From: an uncultured Gemmatimonadales bacterium
Lineage (GTDB): Bacteria > Gemmatimonadota > Gemmatimonadetes > Longimicrobiales > RSA9
Assembly (NCBI GenBank): GCA_963783305.1
Contig: CAWAMW010000014.1
Coordinates: forward strand, 25,288-89,287
DNA length: 64,000 nucleotides
Direction of reading: 5' to 3'
In this document: positions 62,058-64,000 of the stretch, in pieces
Layout of the letters: each line of letters starts with the position of its first letter
Position numbering within the stretch: position 1 is the stretch's first letter
Made by a program: the position numbers and the translations under genes
Notes under the pieces: model-generated
What the model was told of the DNA's origin: nothing
Seen by the model: the letters and a program-made list of their open reading frames with translations, nothing else
Databases searched by the model: none

Positions 62058-62552
62058 TCAGCCGTCCGGAGCACCCTCGCTCCGGAGGACCCGAGCCGGG
62101 TTCCCTGCAACGACTGCGCCCGGATCGACGTCCCGTGTCACCACGGCGCCTGCGCCGACGATCGCGCCCTCTCCGATCACGAGGCCACCGAGGATCACCG
62201 CCCCGGAGCCGATGGAGGCCCGGCTGCGTACCACCGTCCGCTGCAGCTTCCAGTCCTCCTCGCCCTGGAGACCGCCATCGGGCGTCGTGGCGCGGGGATA
62301 CCGGTCATTGATGAAGCAGACGTGATGACCGATGAATACCTCGTCCTCCACGGTGACGCCCTCGCAGATGAACGTATGGCTCTGCACCTTGCAGCGCTCC
62401 CCGATCACCGCGCCCTTCTGGATCTCGACGAACGTCCCGATGCGGGTCTCCGCGCCGATCCGGCAGCCGTACAGGTTGACGAAGCCGTGGATCCGGACGT
62501 CGCGGCCGAGCTCGACGTCGTCGGCGATGCGGGAGAAATCCGCGTTGGTCAT
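62058..62552 (-). CDS. hexapeptide N-acetyltransferase (WbpD-like)
   Basis: hexapeptide repeats, FINDRYP, VGAGAVVTRDV, GNPAR. Confidence 0.9.
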   Translation of the reverse strand: MTNADFSRIADDVELGRDVRIHGFVNLYGCRIGAETRIGTFVEIQKGAVIGERCKVQSHTFICEGVTVEDEVFIGHHVCFINDRYPRATTPDGGLQGEEDWKLQRTVVRSRASIGSGAVILGGLVIGEGAIVGAGAVVTRDVDPGAVVAGNPARVLRSEGAPDG

Positions 62553-63601
62553 GGGGACTTTCCGGTGCGCGCCCGCCTGCCGAGGCCGCCCAGCGCTTCC
62601 CGGGTCGCGTCCCGGAGCTGCGCGAAGTCCTCGGGTCGCGATCGCCGGGCTCTGCGGGTGAGGTCGGAGCCGACGACCACCGCGAGGGCGAGGGCGGCGC
62701 CGAAGAGGAGTCCGAGGAAGACGTTGAGGGCGTGGTTCGGCGCCGTCTGCTCCGCGGGCAGGCGCGGCGGGTCCATCACCGTGATGACGGGCGTGTTCCG
62801 GACCTCGTCGAGACGGGCCTGTTCGTGGTTCTGGGCCAGGGAGGTGTACGTGTCCTGGAGCAGGCTCACCCGCCGCTGGAGCCGGCCGAACTCGAATCGC
62901 ATCTGCGGCGATTCCTCGTACCTGCGGTTCTCCGAAAGCCACCGCTCCAGCTCGGATTCCGCCGCCCGCAGCTCGCTCCCGACCTCCTGGACCCGGGCCT
63001 CGACGAACATCCGCTCCTGCGCCGCCCTCGACTGCCGCCGCTCCAGGTTGAACTCGTTCACCAGCTCGAGGAGACGCTGACTGGTCAGGACCGCCAGCTC
63101 GGGCCAGGGCGCCGAGGTCGTAAGCCGCACAATGCGCGTGCTCGGGTCCACCCGGGTCGCCACCAGGTCGTCCAGCTCCCGGACCGCCGCATACACGCGG
63201 TCGTCGGGTGTCTCGCCCTCCGCTCCCAGCAGCTCCACCAGCGTGCCCCGGACGGAGTCACGCGCCCCCTCTGGGACGAAGGCGAACTCGGTGAGCACGG
63301 CCGCCCGAAGCAGCTCCCGTGAGCTCAGCAGCTCAGCATAGAACTCGGTGGACTCGCCGGACTCTGCGCCACCGACGTTGACGCCGAGCTGGGATGCGAG
63401 CCCCGCCAGCCTCGACACGTTCGCGCCCTGGCTCTCCGGGATGAAGCGGGCCTCGACGGCGTAGCGCTCGGGCAGGAGGAGGGAGACGCCGAGAGCGGCC
63501 AGGCCGGCGAGGAGTGGGAGTGCGATGAGCAGCCTGCTCCTGCGGACCAGGAGGGCGAGGAGGGTCAGCGGCGATGGATCCCGGGGGTCTGCGCTGCTCA
63601 C
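62549..63601 (-). CDS. Wzz-like polysaccharide co-polymerase
   Basis: two TMs flanking a coiled coil, VMDPPRLP..P before C-terminal TM. Confidence 0.85.
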   Translation of the reverse strand: MSSADPRDPSPLTLLALLVRRSRLLIALPLLAGLAALGVSLLLPERYAVEARFIPESQGANVSRLAGLASQLGVNVGGAESGESTEFYAELLSSRELLRAAVLTEFAFVPEGARDSVRGTLVELLGAEGETPDDRVYAAVRELDDLVATRVDPSTRIVRLTTSAPWPELAVLTSQRLLELVNEFNLERRQSRAAQERMFVEARVQEVGSELRAAESELERWLSENRRYEESPQMRFEFGRLQRRVSLLQDTYTSLAQNHEQARLDEVRNTPVITVMDPPRLPAEQTAPNHALNVFLGLLFGAALALAVVVGSDLTRRARRSRPEDFAQLRDATREALGGLGRRARTGKSP

Positions 63602-64000
63602 GGGTTCAGCCGATCCAGGGCCAGCAGCAGGGTTGCCAGCGTTCCGATGGCGGTCACGCCGCGGGAAAAGACCATGCCCCAGTCGGTCCCTTCTCTCAGT
63701 TCCTGCGGGACGGCCGGCACGAAGATCTCGCTGCCCGGGCGCGGCTCGGGGCTGACCCGGAATACCGCGAGCCGCCGGGCCATCTCCCGCTCGCCGTTCT
63801 GGTAGGTCACCGAAACCCTCTTGGGGTCCGCGTCCGTAGCATACCCGCCCGCCATCTCAATGTAATAGTCGATCCCCTTGCCCGGCATGTACGCGACACG
63901 CGTGGCGAACTGTACGGCCCCGCTCACCTTGACGGTGGGGTCGTAAATGGGGACGTGGATGCTGTCCCCGTCCATGAGGGGAACGCTGGCAGGGCCGCGA
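63598..64000 (-). CDS. SLBB-domain polysaccharide export protein (Wza/KpsD-like), partial
   Basis: GDSIHVP, VKVSGAV, YYIEMAGG, PGSEIFVP; frame open to window end. Confidence 0.85.
   Translation of the reverse strand, partial: RGPASVPLMDGDSIHVPIYDPTVKVSGAVQFATRVAYMPGKGIDYYIEMAGGYATDADPKRVSVTYQNGEREMARRLAVFRVSPEPRPGSEIFVPAVPQELREGTDWGMVFSRGVTAIGTLATLLLALDRLNP

Overview
High-GC bacterial chromosome segment; the protein sequences suggest Gemmatimonadota (my inference, no search run). 1-24.9 kb: the 3' part of rpoC, then the str (rpsL-rpsG-fusA-tuf), S10, spc and alpha ribosomal clusters. infA is absent, an unknown membrane-anchored gene follows rplQ, and rpmB and a terminator close the block. 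Several spacers in this block are unusually long and structured. One carries a near-exact copy of the S8-binding motif of 16S helix 21 over the rpsH ribosome-binding site; others carry weaker S4 and S7 mimics, an attenuator-like rpsL leader, and an AGGAGG-containing 13-mer tandem array with a complementary pyrimidine arm after tuf. 25-41 kb: a UDP-HexNAc dehydrogenase, an MSHA-like type IV filament operon (MshE,G,I,J,K,L,M,N-like, plus a stand-alone STN lipoprotein) and one GspG-like pilin. The pilin is divergent from a 1308-aa membrane-spanning SARP/BTAD-NTPase-TolB-propeller regulator, and its promoter has 11-bp-periodic direct repeats in place of the -35 box. 41-64 kb: a large surface-polysaccharide locus, mainly two convergent blocks, with UDP-GlcA enzymes, a frameshifted DegT, TPR proteins, LhgO-like, BamD-like, two Wzi-like barrels, a priming transferase, an RCC1 lipoprotein, glycosyltransferases, Wzx, Wzy/WaaL-like, WbpE/B/D-like, Wzz-like and a partial SLBB exporter. 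No rRNA, tRNA, CRISPR or mobile element was seen.
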